A stretch of DNA of 62,948 bases, the filler included, from Asterionella formosa (lineage: Eukaryota), in NCBI GenBank assembly GCA_002256025.1. It is 11 parts of 11 records of this genome, joined end to end, with 100 filler letters (N's around TTAATTAATTAA, not from the genome) between each part and the next. Parts side by side here need not be neighbours in the genome. Positions count along the whole stretch, not along the records: positions 1 to 24,381 come from NKIB01002262.1; positions 24,482 to 48,775 come from NKIB01002272.1; 9 more parts are not named here. The stretch is one strand, 5' to 3'. The notes beneath the pieces were generated by a model. It ran no database searches and was not told the origin of the DNA. It worked only from the letters and a program-made list of their open reading frames with translations. Shown here in pieces: positions 23,118 through 36,024 of this stretch; positions within the stretch are counted from its first letter, which is position 1; every line of letters starts with the position of its first letter. Made by a program: the position numbers and the translations under genes.

Positions 23118-24381
23118 GATTGCTCGATGATGCTGATTGCCTCACGGTTAGATGATCGAGCGATGGAAATGGAAGTTGAATGATACCGGTAAAGAAAATT
23201 TTGATAAAGAAAGGCATTCAAAAATCATAGATATATATAAATTATAGTGATACCCCAGCGCAACGAATCATTGATTATTCCGAGCTCTGCATACAGAGTG
23301 AACGTGAATAATATATATTGAAAAAAGACACAGGAGCTGTACTGGACTCCTACGTACAACCAGACACAAAATAAAGTATAGGTTCTGTTCCTTTTGATCC
23401 TACATACCGGGTAATATACTTACCGATGGGTTCTAGTAATGTAGACTACCTGGTACTTTATATAGTCTACAGTTATCCATCCAAAGAGTGCAGCTGAATA
23501 AAAATGCTACATTCGGAATAAAAGTCACCATGTTTTGATTGCAATAACTCATTCGTTATTTCCAACACTGTCGGTGTTAATAATGTTACCCTCAATACCA
23601 ACGGAAACGCATACGAAATTGAGCTCGAGACAGCATACAAATCACTTCTCAATATCGTCGAAGCCAGTGACATGGCTAAGGGGGCACCAATAACAGTTGG
23701 ATCTTTGAGTGTCGCCAATACCAACTGTCCAGTAGCCCTTTCGCTCAGCAACATGCCACCTTGTCTTGGAAAAATTTACCCTCCAGTATTATCCAAGTTT
23801 GATTACTGGCATCCCCGGCCCTACTCTCATGCAAACGTCAATCAACGCTGGAAACTTGATTTACGAGCATAAGAGTCTCTATTCCGAGCTCGCTCCTCGA
23901 AGTGCAATCTGGAACTAAATGCTCCACCAACACGCGGGCACCGATCCGTGCTCCAGTAATAATGTTCTCATCAACTGGCGCACCAACGAGTCCCCCTCTT
24001 GCTTCAGCTACTGTTCAGCACATGTTTCGCATTCTGCATCCAAGCAAAATATCACAACTGCCATGTTGAAAGGAACCGTTGAATGCAGCAGCCATACAAC
24101 TCTTGGCTGCTTACACCTCTATGAATAACACGGCATTGATGGGGTTTACAACAATATATCCTGTGAAATATGGTGGTTATAAGATTGTCACCATTGCTGA
24201 CTCTGCTTTGTGCCACATCAAGCCCTGTCGGTTCACTACGCAACAACGTGACTGCATCGTTTGTATTGAATGTCACCTCGACTGATTCTAGTGCACCAAC
24301 AACAGTATCCAATCCTCGTCAATACCGCAATTTCGGCTGGCAAACTCGATTGCGAGCTCAAGATACTCTATCCAACCACAC

Positions 24382-24481
24382 NNNNNNNNNNNNNNNNNNN
24401 NNNNNNNNNNNNNNNNNNNNNNNNNTTAATTAATTAANNNNNNNNNNNNNNNNNNNNNNNNNNNNNNNNNNNNNNNNNNNN
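24382..24481. other. Artificial contig linker N44-TTAATTAATTAA-N44 (first of ten)
   Basis: Identical 100-bp six-frame-stop spacers at 24382, 48776, 50352, 51928, 53503, 55078, 56653, 58228, 59802 and 61376. The intervening contigs are sorted by decreasing length. Confidence 0.99.
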
Positions 24482-25779
24482 TTTTTTTTCAGAACACACC
24501 ATTTTGTCTGAAGAAGACCAAATGCCATTTCTATTCTTATCCTTAGCTGTGAAAGGAAAAAGTTAAATGTATCCTGTGTTGGATCATCACGTTGTGAGCC
24601 AACAAAGGGAACAAGCATTACATCAGACAATGTGTAAGCTGCATCGCCGACCAGATAAAAACCTGTGTTGAATGCTGCAACTTGATCGAAAATGGAAGTT
24701 TTTTCAAAAGCTACTTGGTCACTGCATTTTCCCGGTGCAATTACACCAAAATAAATAAATCTTGAGTCAGCATCACAAACAGCCTGGACATTGATTCCAT
24801 AAGTCATGTAGTGACCGGAAAAAAATGAACCAGGGTTGTTGCCACTTTCAACTATAGTCGGGCGGTTGATGGTGGCAAGGAAGCCGTCAATAGCACCAAC
24901 ACATCCTCTCATCACGCCCTCTGAGCTTTTGCATTCAAAGCTGGAAGCCAATTTGATAAATTCTTCTTTTTCTTTTGGAAAAATAATTTCGAGTTCTTCA
25001 CAGTTTAGTACAGCATCAATGAACAAATCACGACATCGATAAAGTGAAGCAATGCTACAACCGTAGGCATGACGAATGTCGATGTAACTGCCACCAGCCA
25101 GCCATCGCAAACCAATGGCTACCACAATTTCGGGAATTATGGGCTCAGAAGTGCCACATTTGGAATAATTCCCTGCAATCTGAATTTCCAGCATGGAGGT
25201 GAGTTTTTTGAATGCTCTGTGTGACATTCTGTATGTCTTCTCGAAAGCAATCTCGTGATTGAGTTTCTCGACATGTGATTGCCAGGAGATTCTTTCGTGG
25301 TGCCACTTGTGCCTTCGTTGTCGTCGTCGTTCAGATGACTGAAGCTGCCGTTTACAGCGTCGCCTTTGTCGTTTGGATGAGTGTTCTTTTTCCTCTGCTT
25401 CCTTAGTTAAATGACAGAGGAAGAAGAAATCAAGATCACTACTGTCATCGTCATTATCATCAAGTAAATCAAATGGCGACGACATGATTCATGCAAATGT
25501 GTGTTTTTAATATTATATTTAGTTTCCCGGTAATTATATTTTGTTGTTGCTTGATATCAAGACCATCATTATATTCCGGAGGGATATACACATGATCTTC
25601 GCCAGCCAGTTGCCGTTGAAGATTCATTTTACTCCATGATACAATGTGATCACAAATTAGTGATACAGTGACACTTTTGGAATGAATGAAATTCAGTTCA
25701 AATCGAGTTACCGTTGCTGATACATTTTCAAAAAAATTCAAATTCCGTGATACACGAAAAAAAATGATAAGAACGACCC
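24482..25779 (-). mobile_element. PIF/Harbinger DNA transposon, 5' part (transposase CDS 25485 to contig end)
   Basis: DDE_Tnp_4/HARBI1-like motifs YRMSHRAF, LRWLAGGSYIDI, GCVGAIDG, INVQAVCD, LVGDAAY, FNFFLSQLRIRIEMAFGLL. Candidate terminus TCA|GGGTCGTTCTTATC at 25779 (3-bp TNA target). The other end is lost at the contig break. Confidence 0.92.
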
Positions 25780-26138
25780 TGAGGATTCGTGTCATTTGTA
25801 CGCCATGAAAGTCCATGTGGTCCATGTTTCGGATCATCAAATAATGATGCTGGATCGAGGAGACGACAGTACAGTCTCGGTCTGGATTGGACCTGCTAGT
25901 TCAAGCTATCGAAGATTTTCATAGTCAGTAGAAACTATTGTTGGGAGCTAGTAAGTTATACAGGTCCTTCCTTTGATAGGTTCCACTCAGAGCTGCTACA
26001 CACTGAGCATGATGCTGCAGCTGATGCTGCAGCTCAGTTAGTACACCTGCATTATCTTGCTTTACATGAAACTGTTTCCCAATAAATATCGCTGCCTGAA
26101 GTCTAAATGAGGCTAGTTCATTGTCAGCATATGCAATA

Positions 26139-27019
26139 TCATTCATTCAAAAAGGCTGTGACATCCTTGATCACTTGCTCTGCATTTGTCACATGCATCC
26201 AATGCCCACCAGTCACATAAGGGATATGTTTGCATCCTGGGGTGGCTTCCAGCTGACTTAAATATTTGGGGGAATGAAAGTTGCACTTCTTTCTTTGACC
26301 ATATAAAAACAATTGAGGAACAGTTTTGCTGAATCTTGGCATACTGATGGGTTGGAGGAAAATCAGTTGAAAATAGGGGTAACATTGGTGGGGTCTAATC
26401 TTCTCCCATGGGAGGAGCTGCAAGTAAGAAGATTACAGAGATGAGAGTGGAGTGCAATAAAAATCCATATCATTGTGTTCTTCTACATACCTCGTTTTTA
26501 TTTAGTGGGCCAATCAATGCCCATGGATACAGATAAAAGATCCAACCCATGCACCTACTGGCTAGCTCATCATTTCCACAGAATAATCTGGAAATCAAGA
26601 AGATCCAAGCAAGAAATAATTGATATCCCATGATAATGAAAGCTTGCTTGATAGAAAGTGTGGAAACTAGTCCTACATCTTCCGCCACCAATTTTGAAAT
26701 AGTTTCAGGATAATGGTGAGCATAGCTCAACACCACCATACTTCCCCAATCATGACCAAATAAATAAATCCTCGCCTTGAGTCCCAATCTATCTCGATAC
26801 TCTTCCACGACTACTGCCAGAGCATCCACCACTTCCCGATTGGAATAACCCCAAAAGCGTCGAAGAGATGGCTGGTCCATGTCGGGATATGCCATTCTGA
26901 CAACATGATAAGTAGTTTCAAAGGATGGAGCGAGTTCGTTCCATGTTTCGACAGAGTCAGGAAATCCAGATAATAGCACTAGTACTGGAGGTGGGTTCTT
27001 CGGATTCGGCGGTAGGCCA
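26139..27019 (-). CDS. Alpha/beta hydrolase (epoxide hydrolase-like); first exon not resolved
   Basis: LLSGFPD oxyanion motif, GHDWGS nucleophile (Asp) motif, C-terminal GGHWMH. GT-AG intron 26490-26418; probable acceptor at 27020 and an upstream donor near 27160. Confidence 0.85.
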
Positions 27020-27692
27020 CTGTACAGGAAAGGTATTCTCAGTTGGACATGACATTCGAATCAACAATAGGAGGAACATTTCGATGCGAACGAACCTTCG
27101 ATGAACAACCAAAATGCCCTTTCTTTCAATAGGATTCATATCACTCATATCTCACTTACTCAAACCAATCAGATAAACCCAAGAAGAGACGAGAAGTGTA
27201 TCACTAAAGTAGTGATTCAAGAACAAGAAGTTGTGTTTCACAAGGAGAAAGCGAATTTTAGTTGATGTGAAATAGATTGATGTACCGGTATATGGAGTAC
27301 TTTTTTTGTCTTGAGGAGTTTCTGATGCTCAAAATACTGCCGGTAAGCGAGCAAGCAAGCAAGCAAGCAAAAAGATCACAACATGGAAATTAGGTGGGGG
27401 GTTGGATGGCTTTCATTTAGATCACTTTTTTGATTTTGAATGTTTCGAAATAGGATTCGACAACACATAAAATATGTAGCCAATGAAGTTACCGGTACCA
27501 TGTAGCTAAAGTATTGATAGAAGCATATTATACTGCCGGTTATAATACCGGTATATCACGATAGATACTGTAAGGAACATCTCATCACCATATAAAACTC
27601 TATGAATTGCATCCTCGTGTCAAAAAACTTGATCGAAACAAGGTCAAAAGTCGATCTGACAGATTTGAATCTTTTTCTGTTGAGGTCGAAAA

Positions 27693-28172
27693 ATGGTTCT
27701 CCTCACCAGAATGCTCTCTCGCATAACGCCTGAAAATTCTCCTAGCCTATGGATGACGTTGAATGCGTTCTGTTTCGGATTTGCAACCTTTCTCTTAGTT
27801 GTGGCGTTTTTGAGCGACGATGATCGGCCGGTCAAAATGTTTGCCAAACAGAGCTTTTTGCTGTTCAACTTTACAACGACGATTGTTTGGTGCATGCAAG
27901 CTGGATTAAATATTTTGGATACCGAAGTTTCACGAATTTCCCGATATCAAAGAATAGAACTTGCCGTTGCAGCCTATTTTCTGATTGATTCCACCGTTGT
28001 GTTGCTCCAGTGGAAGTTCAAGAAGCAAAAGATGTCTCTTGTGGATCTCGATACGGGGATCAATTTTATTGTTTATGGGACTAGATTGGTGGATCAGATT
28101 CTCACTCAGCGTAAGCGACATGAGTATGAGGCCACAACATCTCAACATGACGAAAGCCTACAGGCAACGTAA
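27693..28172 (+). CDS. Small multi-pass membrane protein of unknown function
   Basis: 159-aa ATG ORF with about 4 hydrophobic segments. Confidence 0.65.
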   Translation: MVLLTRMLSRITPENSPSLWMTLNAFCFGFATFLLVVAFLSDDDRPVKMFAKQSFLLFNFTTTIVWCMQAGLNILDTEVSRISRYQRIELAVAAYFLIDSTVVLLQWKFKKQKMSLVDLDTGINFIVYGTRLVDQILTQRKRHEYEATTSQHDESLQAT

Positions 28173-28243
28173 CTATGCCGTTCTGGTACAAACTACTTGA
28201 TGGTACACCAAACGAGCATCATCATCTAGTCTCCTAAACTTCT

Positions 28244-29105
28244 CTACTTGAAGAACTCAAGCAGATTTTGGAAGGGAGACAAAAAGTCTTTTGTTGCAAC
28301 AGGTACGGGCATCATTGGAATCGGCCTGGGTTCCACGGGCGCAGCAGCGGGAGATGTCAGTTTGCCGATCAGGAATGGGAAAAGAGCGCTCAGTAAAATG
28401 TCCCAGCCAGGAATAGAAAATCTATCTTCTTGGAAAGATATCAATCCTTCGTCATTGACCTTGAAGTCAGTGTAACAGATGTATGGTTTGATTGTCAACC
28501 CAGGTCCAATATTCACCTTGCCCGAAAGTCTCCAAGTTACCGTAATGGTGCGAGGAATTGTCTCATTCACAACAACAGAAATAATTTCAGCTCGAGATGT
28601 TTCTTGATCGAATAATTTGTAAACTCCTCTTGCATACTCTGTACGTCCAAACAAAAGAATGAGTAATGCATTCCCTATACTAAGGTTCGAGAGACGATGC
28701 TGACATACCTTCAATACCCTTGAGTTTTACATCAGGATCTTGGAACTCGAATTCATCAGAAAAGTACGACGGATTCACGTTACCAGTCACGAACCACTCC
28801 TTCGCATACAGTTCAGAATCAAGCATAACAGCTAGCGTCTCCAGAGCCACATTTGCAAGTTTTGGCGCAGAAAAATCAATTTTAGCTAATGGATCTTCCT
28901 TCTTCATTTGTGCTTTATTTTGCATAAAGTTAGACAAAATGCTGGTAGCTGCATTTCGGTATTCTTCCGGACCAGAGTACTTGTCAGGTGTAGCCAAAAG
29001 CGCAATTCGTCGATAGGGATTCGTCTCTCGAATAGGACTTTGGAACGCGAAACATGTCTGAATCAGAAGGATTGCAATTGAAGGTCGAGATATCATAAAC
29101 ATCAT
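28244..29105 (-). CDS. Plastid-targeted NTF2/SnoaL-like (DUF2358-type) protein, 2 exons
   Basis: Signal peptide ending CFA-FQSP (bipartite presequence pattern). Motifs WFVTGNV..YFSDEFEFQDPDVKLKGIEEYARGV and VTWRLSGKV. GT-AG intron 28708-28639. Confidence 0.8.
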
Positions 29106-29816
29106 GTGAGCAATAGTCGAAGGTCTTCGAGTTGACAAAAATTCAACAAGTTAATTGTCAGAAGTGAACAAAACCCCAAGGACACAAAGTCGAGATCCAT
29201 GCATCGCAGATTGCATGAAATAAAAGTGACGAGCAGGCAACGAAAAAGTTCCTTTTCATCATATCCTTAACCTATGAGTATATGCATGATGGGTATATTT
29301 GTTTTGCTGCAACAATTTCTTGCATTATAGCTAGCTACGAATACCACTACCGGTATCCAATAATCGCACTCGGGCCCAAATAAACAATGGACCACGCAAT
29401 TATTGTAGGACCGGTGTTATTTGTGTGCACGGTACAATCTGCATGTCCACCAGGCAAAAAAAATGTGGTAGACTACCGGAAGTCTAATCCAATTAACAAA
29501 AACATACAATAAGACTATACAGACCCGTACAATAAACAAAACAATTCCACTGCCTGCCAAGAAATCTGATCGGCATCCTATCTTACCGGTATGTACCGAC
29601 ACGGGTACCTGGTACCGGTATATAGCAATAGTCGTATGAATGTGAAAGATGGCTGTGCCAATCTATACCACTACCGGTATTCGTCCTCACCATCAGGCCG
29701 ACTACTGGTACATATGTACCAGTACCAGGGTACTCCCCTCGCATAACACAAGTGGAGTCCATTTCATCGTCGCCGCTAACTCCTACAGTGCCCATTGGTA
29801 GCAACTGCGCAGCGAG

Positions 29817-31814
29817 ATGACATCTACTTTTGAACGCGAAGTCCAATCAACCGCTTCCGCTAGCTTCGAAGCAGCCTTTGTGTCGGCCACTGCCCATGAG
29901 GAATGGACCACGTCTCCCAACCCATCGGAGGGATCTCTCCCGTGCACGAGTCTCCCCGAGGGAACCACGATTCGCGTGAATCCCATGAATCGTCAATACA
30001 ATGGCTGGAATGAAGCGCACTTTCACACCAACCTGCGTCTACCAATGGAGTGCAGCATAGCCAAGGGCCTTGTTGTTACATTGGAAGGTAAGTAACTATG
30101 GAAGGCCTCGGGGCTCATTCATTGCGGGCAAGCGAAACAATCTTACCCTCCGTTGGCTTCATTTCTCGCTATTGCTCTAGCGTCTGCTCGAGAATGCGTA
30201 GCAGTGGCCCTTTCCCCCAAGGACTACTTTGATTTGGGCAAGACATATGCCATCCACTTCGGAGCAGCCGGTAACACCAGTACTGTCATTCGGCGTCGTC
30301 TCATTTCTGGTCACGAAGCTGTAGATGTTGCTTTCCCTGGAAGGGTCTGTAGCGATCAAAAGTGGGTCAGTTATTGGATATGTTTACTGGCAGGACGGAT
30401 TTATGCTGGACTAGGCAAGCAGCCAGGACAGCAGTGTGTGGGATGCTTGGACGACACTCTTTACCATCAATTGAGAAGTGGAATGGATGCTGTGAGATTC
30501 GTAGGATTGGGCAATTCGGTCTTGGGCAAAAGTGCTACAGCCTTGAAGGTGCGCAACGTCTGTGTGTGCTCTGTACCAGAATATCTGGTGCAGGTGCTGG
30601 ACCAGCTACCATTAGAATTGCCAATTATCAACGTGGACGTGGTAGATTCAGGAGAACTGCAGAAATTGATGGAAGGCTATCAAAGGGAATGCTTGAAAGC
30701 CAAGAAGCGAGCGGAGAAATTTGGAATTCCATACAAGGCACCGCCACCACAGGCTTTTTTCCTATGGTCAGATGCAAGGAAGATTAGAGCGAACCCACAA
30801 AAGGGATTCATTACCGGCATGGATGTCATGTCACATGAAGAGTTGGAAAAGAAAAAGGCTCGAGCAGCTAGATTTGGTGCACAAAAGCGAGAAATTGACG
30901 ACGATGAAAAAACTGAAGTAACGGAAGAAGACGTCATGGAAGAAGAAGCTTTGCCGGTACACGAAGCGTGGGACAATGAGGAACTTGTTCAAGAACATAG
31001 ATGGGACCCTCCTACTTCGTTATGGATGGTGCCATCGGAAAATCAAGATGAAGCGGATGAAGCGAAGGAAGAGTATTCCATGGAGGTGACTACAAAGCCG
31101 AAACAAATGCCGGAAAAGGTCCATATTTGCAGCATCGATTGGGCCGCGTTCAAACAAATCCGAACCGACGACATGATGGCACACTTTTCCATTTATGGCC
31201 CATCCTATATCGAATGGCTTGGAGAGCTTTCTTGTAACATCCTGTTTGAAGACAAGTTTTCTGCTGCACGAGCGTTGAATGGAATGTCACAAGAACTTCC
31301 GTCACCTGCACCAGAAGAATTGAACAGACCGTCCACCACGGACGGTCAAGGTGCATATACGGCACCAGATTTTGGCAACATGGGCTGGCGATTTTGCCTA
31401 AAGCCCATCAGAAAGGTAACAAAAGATCGCTTTGGTCGAGTCGGTACAAGAGCCCGTATCCTGATGCGTATTGCTAATTCAACCGACGTTTTAGTGGAGA
31501 AACCCTCGACATTTCCCAAGCCACCTCCTGGTTTTACTACCAAACGTGTGCTGGGACCTGGAGACGACTTTGGCCATCGAAACAAACGTCAACGCCGAAT
31601 GCCTGAAGATGACGAGGAAATGAATCAGGAACATCCTGATCTCACGCGAGGGCTTCGCTCTGGTCGCGATGGTTACTCTGTCGAGGATTTGCGAGCTGAG
31701 CGATCCTTACCTTCACATGGTGATGCTACTTATGAAGTACGCAATGATTCTGAAACGGTAACATTCGACGACATCTTTCCATGGGACGAAGAGCCTAACA
31801 TTGCGGAAGCATGA
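29817..31814 (+). CDS. NCBP3: Nuclear cap-binding protein subunit 3-like, with extra N-terminal domain, 2 exons
   Basis: Intron 30088-30180 (GTAAGT...CTCTAG). FITGMDVMSHEELEKKKARAARFG and the RRM-like KVHICSIDW..IRTDD..HFSIYGPSYIEWLGELSCNILFEDKFSAARAL match remembered NCBP3 signatures. Confidence 0.8.
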
Positions 31815-32311
31815 ACTTGTGTTTCGGCTGAAGTATTCTTTCCATCCGACGTTAACGACTTCATGATTCTGGTTGGGTGTGTATTTTCTTTAGCTACTTT
31901 TTTTGAGTTTTTGTCGGGTTAGTCATTGTGCAATTGATCTGGTGTTACAAGGCTCTCCTTATTCTTCATGAAATGGCAATCATCGCCTGGCGAACGAAGA
32001 ATGGGCACGATTGGTACAACGCATGTTAAACAGCCAGAAAGAAGAGTCCATCACTCACTATGACTATGCTAGAATGAGAGGATATATTTGAAGATAGTTC
32101 ATTATCTTAATACACTGCCTAGATAATTGTTAAAGTTATCGAACGTCCGGGCATTCTCTTATTTAATGTTTGCTGTGCCTTCTTCGGACCTACGCTCCCT
32201 CCATGTGGCATCAAATCCTAGCTAGCTATCGCCAAAAGTAGGTCCATAGGTTAATCAGTTTTGTATGAATTTTACACTAATGTACAACACAGCACGATGT
32301 TCTTGATATTA

Positions 32312-33055
32312 CTATTCCAACGCTGCTAAGCGTTCCGCCATGGTCTTGCTCTCGAATGTCTTGCCAAACACAATTCGCTCCAATTGCTTAATTCGTTGCG
32401 AGCGATTCCCGTCTGGCTTGGTAACACCCCACGCTTGTTCAATTTGAACTATCCTTTGATCCCAGTTTGACACAGCAAGTATTTGTGATGCTGGCAACGG
32501 GTCAGTTTCCGTTAAATTTGCAAGATAAGTAATATGATTCGCAGCAACGTCATCGACGTCTCTGCCCGCGTGGTCGAGCAAGTGATGGCGGGCCATGAAT
32601 TTATGGATGAAGTGAGGCGTGATTTTGAGATTCTGAAGCGACCGTTGTTCTGCATCTATGGGTTCGTTGATATTTGCCATTAGGTGGTCCTTCGCCTGGT
32701 TCAGCCATAGTTTAATTGTGGCCCTTGACAGCCCGTCGTCCGGCTTGGTTGCACTCCGTTCTTGAATCCATCCCATGACCATGCTTTCGAGAGAAGGAAC
32801 TGTTGATTTATGTATGGACTTATTGCACCCCTTCATTGTACTCGCCGCATCTAGGATCGAAGTTTTTCGCATGCTCCATTTCCGAAGCGTTGACTCGGCC
32901 AATCCAAAGCGGGAGCAAGTATCAGTAAAACTGGCTGAATGCTGTTGCATCCAAAGGAGTACTTGGGCCTTGTCCTTGTAGTTCAACCTCTGACGATGTC
33001 GCCTGGTTGCATTTGGACAAGGGTTTGCTTTGACTGTAGGAAGTGGAGGTGTCAT
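32312..33055 (-). CDS. CENP-B/pogo-type double helix-turn-helix protein without DDE domain
   Basis: RQRLNYKDKAQVL...FGLAESTLRKW (psq-type HTH), then PSLESMVMGWI...LSRATIK...FIHKFMARH (Tc5-type HTH). Intact 247-aa ORF; no catalytic domain. Confidence 0.75.
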   Translation of the reverse strand: MTPPLPTVKANPCPNATRRHRQRLNYKDKAQVLLWMQQHSASFTDTCSRFGLAESTLRKWSMRKTSILDAASTMKGCNKSIHKSTVPSLESMVMGWIQERSATKPDDGLSRATIKLWLNQAKDHLMANINEPIDAEQRSLQNLKITPHFIHKFMARHHLLDHAGRDVDDVAANHITYLANLTETDPLPASQILAVSNWDQRIVQIEQAWGVTKPDGNRSQRIKQLERIVFGKTFESKTMAERLAALE

Positions 33056-34075
33056 GATGGATAATATCTGTATGTATGTATCATAAATATTTTAGCGACC
33101 TGGTACTCTACCCGGTAGACTACCTAGTACCTGGTACTCGGACTTTGGACAAGTCCTACAGTATACGTACGTGCGTACTGGTATATATATCGGACGAGAT
33201 TCGCACCAATCACAAAATTATGGGTCGACTTCCTTAAATATGCAGCTGCCGAAAAGATGATTGTTTTGATGTTTTGATCCTTCGTCCTAACGCGACATTC
33301 ATGTGAATGTATGTTTTTTGTAAGTATATCAGTTCAAGAGTTTAAACAAAGTAAAGTGTTGGATATAAATCTTCGTTAGAATCAGGTGTTAAAAGGATTT
33401 ATGGTATTTTCGTTGCTGTTCCCTAACGAAAATTAAGAATTTGTCAGTCAGGTAGGTATACATACAGAAATACATGGATTGTCATTGCTAGCAGGAAAGA
33501 AATGAGGAATTTAATCAATTTTGACTACTTGCTATTGCAGGTATTCCTTATTACCGGTATTTCAGGTAGGGTACCAGGTACCAGTAGCCGAATCTGGACC
33601 ACTAAATACTACCCAGTACCGGTAAATAATTTCTTGAAAAATACATACCGGTACTGGTATTAGTACATCTGATATATATAAATAATTGCGACGAAATGAA
33701 ATTCGGTAGCGACCTATGATTCCGCTTTGAGATACAAGGGCATGAATGGTCCTTAATTATCAGTATGTTTTGATCCTACCGCATAATTTTATTGTGATAT
33801 CATCTGTTTGATTCCCAAATAAACTGATGTGGAACCACTTTTAAACCGGTAATCCTTTTTTATCTTAGACATCCAAGCTAACGACAAAGAAGCTATTCCT
33901 GCAGTTGCTTAGTGTCTATACTTTGGGATAGCTGTAGACTACAGGTATATAGTCTAATTGGAAAGAGTGGCACTTTAGCTAGACAACCACCTGGGTTGGT
34001 TTTTGATGACCATTTCAACCTAATGATAGTAGCTACAACTGGTCAACGATAGTTGATGAAGGGACATCTCAAATT

Positions 34076-34492
34076 CTACATTTGTGATGAACCCAAGTTG
34101 CCAATAAGTTGATCTTTCGCAGCAGGATGTTCCCTTAGCCATTTCGGACTGTACGAAAATGTTACTTCCTCATCTATAATCTTTGCGAGATTGAAGTCCG
34201 TTTGAGTCAGTCCCCGCAGCTTGTGAGTCCACAATGATATCTTTACCTCACGATAATTGGTTAGCTGCAAGTCGGGGTGATGGCCTTCGCGTTCGGCGAC
34301 AGCACCAACGGCATTCAAAGCATTCAAGCCAGCCTGGAAGTCCTTGGCTGTAAATAGTCGTGAAATGCGATACGAGGGAGTCCTGCCATCATCCATGTCT
34401 TCGAGCGACCATAGTGGCATATCGGCTACTTGCGCTCGGACGTCTTCGATGGGAAGTAAGGCATCCATGCTGGAGGCACAAGGGGTGCACAT
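34076..34492 (-). CDS. PCBD: Pterin-4-alpha-carbinolamine dehydratase
   Basis: FTAKDFQAG, AEREGHHPDL, LWTHKLRGLTQTDFNLAKIID. First in-frame ATG at 34492. Confidence 0.92.
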   Translation of the reverse strand: MCTPCASSMDALLPIEDVRAQVADMPLWSLEDMDDGRTPSYRISRLFTAKDFQAGLNALNAVGAVAEREGHHPDLQLTNYREVKISLWTHKLRGLTQTDFNLAKIIDEEVTFSYSPKWLREHPAAKDQLIGNLGSSQM

Positions 34493-34853
34493 TGTACTCG
34501 TAGTACTACTGCGTGATGTTGCGAGCGAGGAACGAGTATTTCGTTGCTTTTCTTGTGAATTCTTGAACAACAATGGAGCTTTTTTATTTGGAAGGAAATG
34601 TGATCAATCGAACGCCATATTTTGTTACAGTTACTACCGGTACTGGTACAATGAATAAGGTTTTATACAAAGTAAGTTTTACGTTCAGAAGGGTACATTT
34701 CGGTATTGATTTTTGTTTGTACCCCTGGTACCAACCACAAAAAGCGGAAGTTCAATATCTGTAGAATTAATAACAAGGCCGAGCAAGTGACCAATAGAAA
34801 ACACCAGTATGGGCGCTACGGAACTCTAGTGCTAATATGTAAGGAAATGATTG

Positions 34854-35948
34854 CTAGTACAGTGCCGCCCAACAAGTCAATGCCTCGCTGCTGTCATTCG
34901 CCTCCTTCCTTGGGGCCCTCCAAAAATGATTGGGGTAGTCATTTTCAAGCGACACCTGATCAGTCAATGGGAGTGATCCAACAGCCTTGATAGTCAATAC
35001 CCCACCATAGGCCTTAAATATTCCCCTAACCAATTCCTCAGTTAACCAAGGTGTGTGGGACAGGTCCAGGACTTGCAATTTGGGAAGTAAGTCATGCATC
35101 TTCCAAAGAATTTCTGGCCCCGAATTGTAGCCAAGACTCCCAACAATTCCCAAGTGAGTTATGCCTCCACATTTCCGAAGCAACGCTGACAAAGTCTCCA
35201 CAGACAAGTGAGGTACATGTCCCAGTTCCAACCGTTGTAATTTGACACACCCTTTCCATGCGCCATCGAAAGTTGTTGTATCTTCTTCCCACGAGTTTGG
35301 AATCGTCTCACGTTGGATTCCCCACTGCGGAATAATTTCTAAAATGGCATCATCTGTTAGAGCTTTCCACCTAGAATCGTCTTCATCGTCTGTCTGGGGA
35401 GCTACTAAGCAGAGAGCTTTGACATGGTCATGTGGACCCAATACTTTGCAGATTTCGTTTGTCATGCCTATTTTGGAGCTGACCAATACAGACAAGTCCG
35501 TCAAGGTATCACTGGGCAATAAAGAAAGATGATACTGTACCAGTTCCGAACCCCAAGCATCAATGTAGTCTTGAAGTGCAGGTGCCAATGCTTGCAGGGC
35601 GAGTGATTGTAGGGAGGGGATCGCCCCGCTGGTATAGTCAGTGCGCGGGTCATCTGCCCCGTAGTAAACGACCCATCCCGGGGGATTTTGCTGCTTATTG
35701 GGATGATTGGTGACAGATTTTTTCTGTCTCATGGCACGATATTCTAGACGATCGTCGTATTCGCGTTGCTGCAGCAACCCTTGCAAGGAATGCCACTGAA
35801 TCTTCGGTCTCTCTCGAGCCTGGTCTGGTTTCTTTGCTGATCGTCGTTTGCGTGATGATGGCAACTGCTCGTGCCACTCCAGTTGAAACTGTCGGTTCAT
35901 AGCCTTGCTAGCAAAGGCGCCTGCTTGATGGCCTTTCCCTTTTCCCAT
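34854..35948 (-). CDS. RNI-like leucine-rich-repeat protein
   Basis: 364-aa ORF with a basic N-terminus, IPSLQSLAL (BC-box-like), and LRR-type segments CVKLQRLELG, ITHLGI, LPKLQVLDLSHTPWLT. Confidence 0.7.
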   Translation of the reverse strand: MGKGKGHQAGAFASKAMNRQFQLEWHEQLPSSRKRRSAKKPDQARERPKIQWHSLQGLLQQREYDDRLEYRAMRQKKSVTNHPNKQQNPPGWVVYYGADDPRTDYTSGAIPSLQSLALQALAPALQDYIDAWGSELVQYHLSLLPSDTLTDLSVLVSSKIGMTNEICKVLGPHDHVKALCLVAPQTDDEDDSRWKALTDDAILEIIPQWGIQRETIPNSWEEDTTTFDGAWKGCVKLQRLELGHVPHLSVETLSALLRKCGGITHLGIVGSLGYNSGPEILWKMHDLLPKLQVLDLSHTPWLTEELVRGIFKAYGGVLTIKAVGSLPLTDQVSLENDYPNHFWRAPRKEANDSSEALTCWAALY

Positions 35949-36024
35949 GTTTCACATTTGTTGGGAATACGCAATGTAAAGAATACAGGCCAATTCCTTC
36001 CTTGATGACAATCGCTACTGATGT

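Noticed and set aside
23473..24381. Overlapping short ORFs before the first linker
   Set aside because: No motif recognised on either strand; possibly a decayed repeat, but unsupported.
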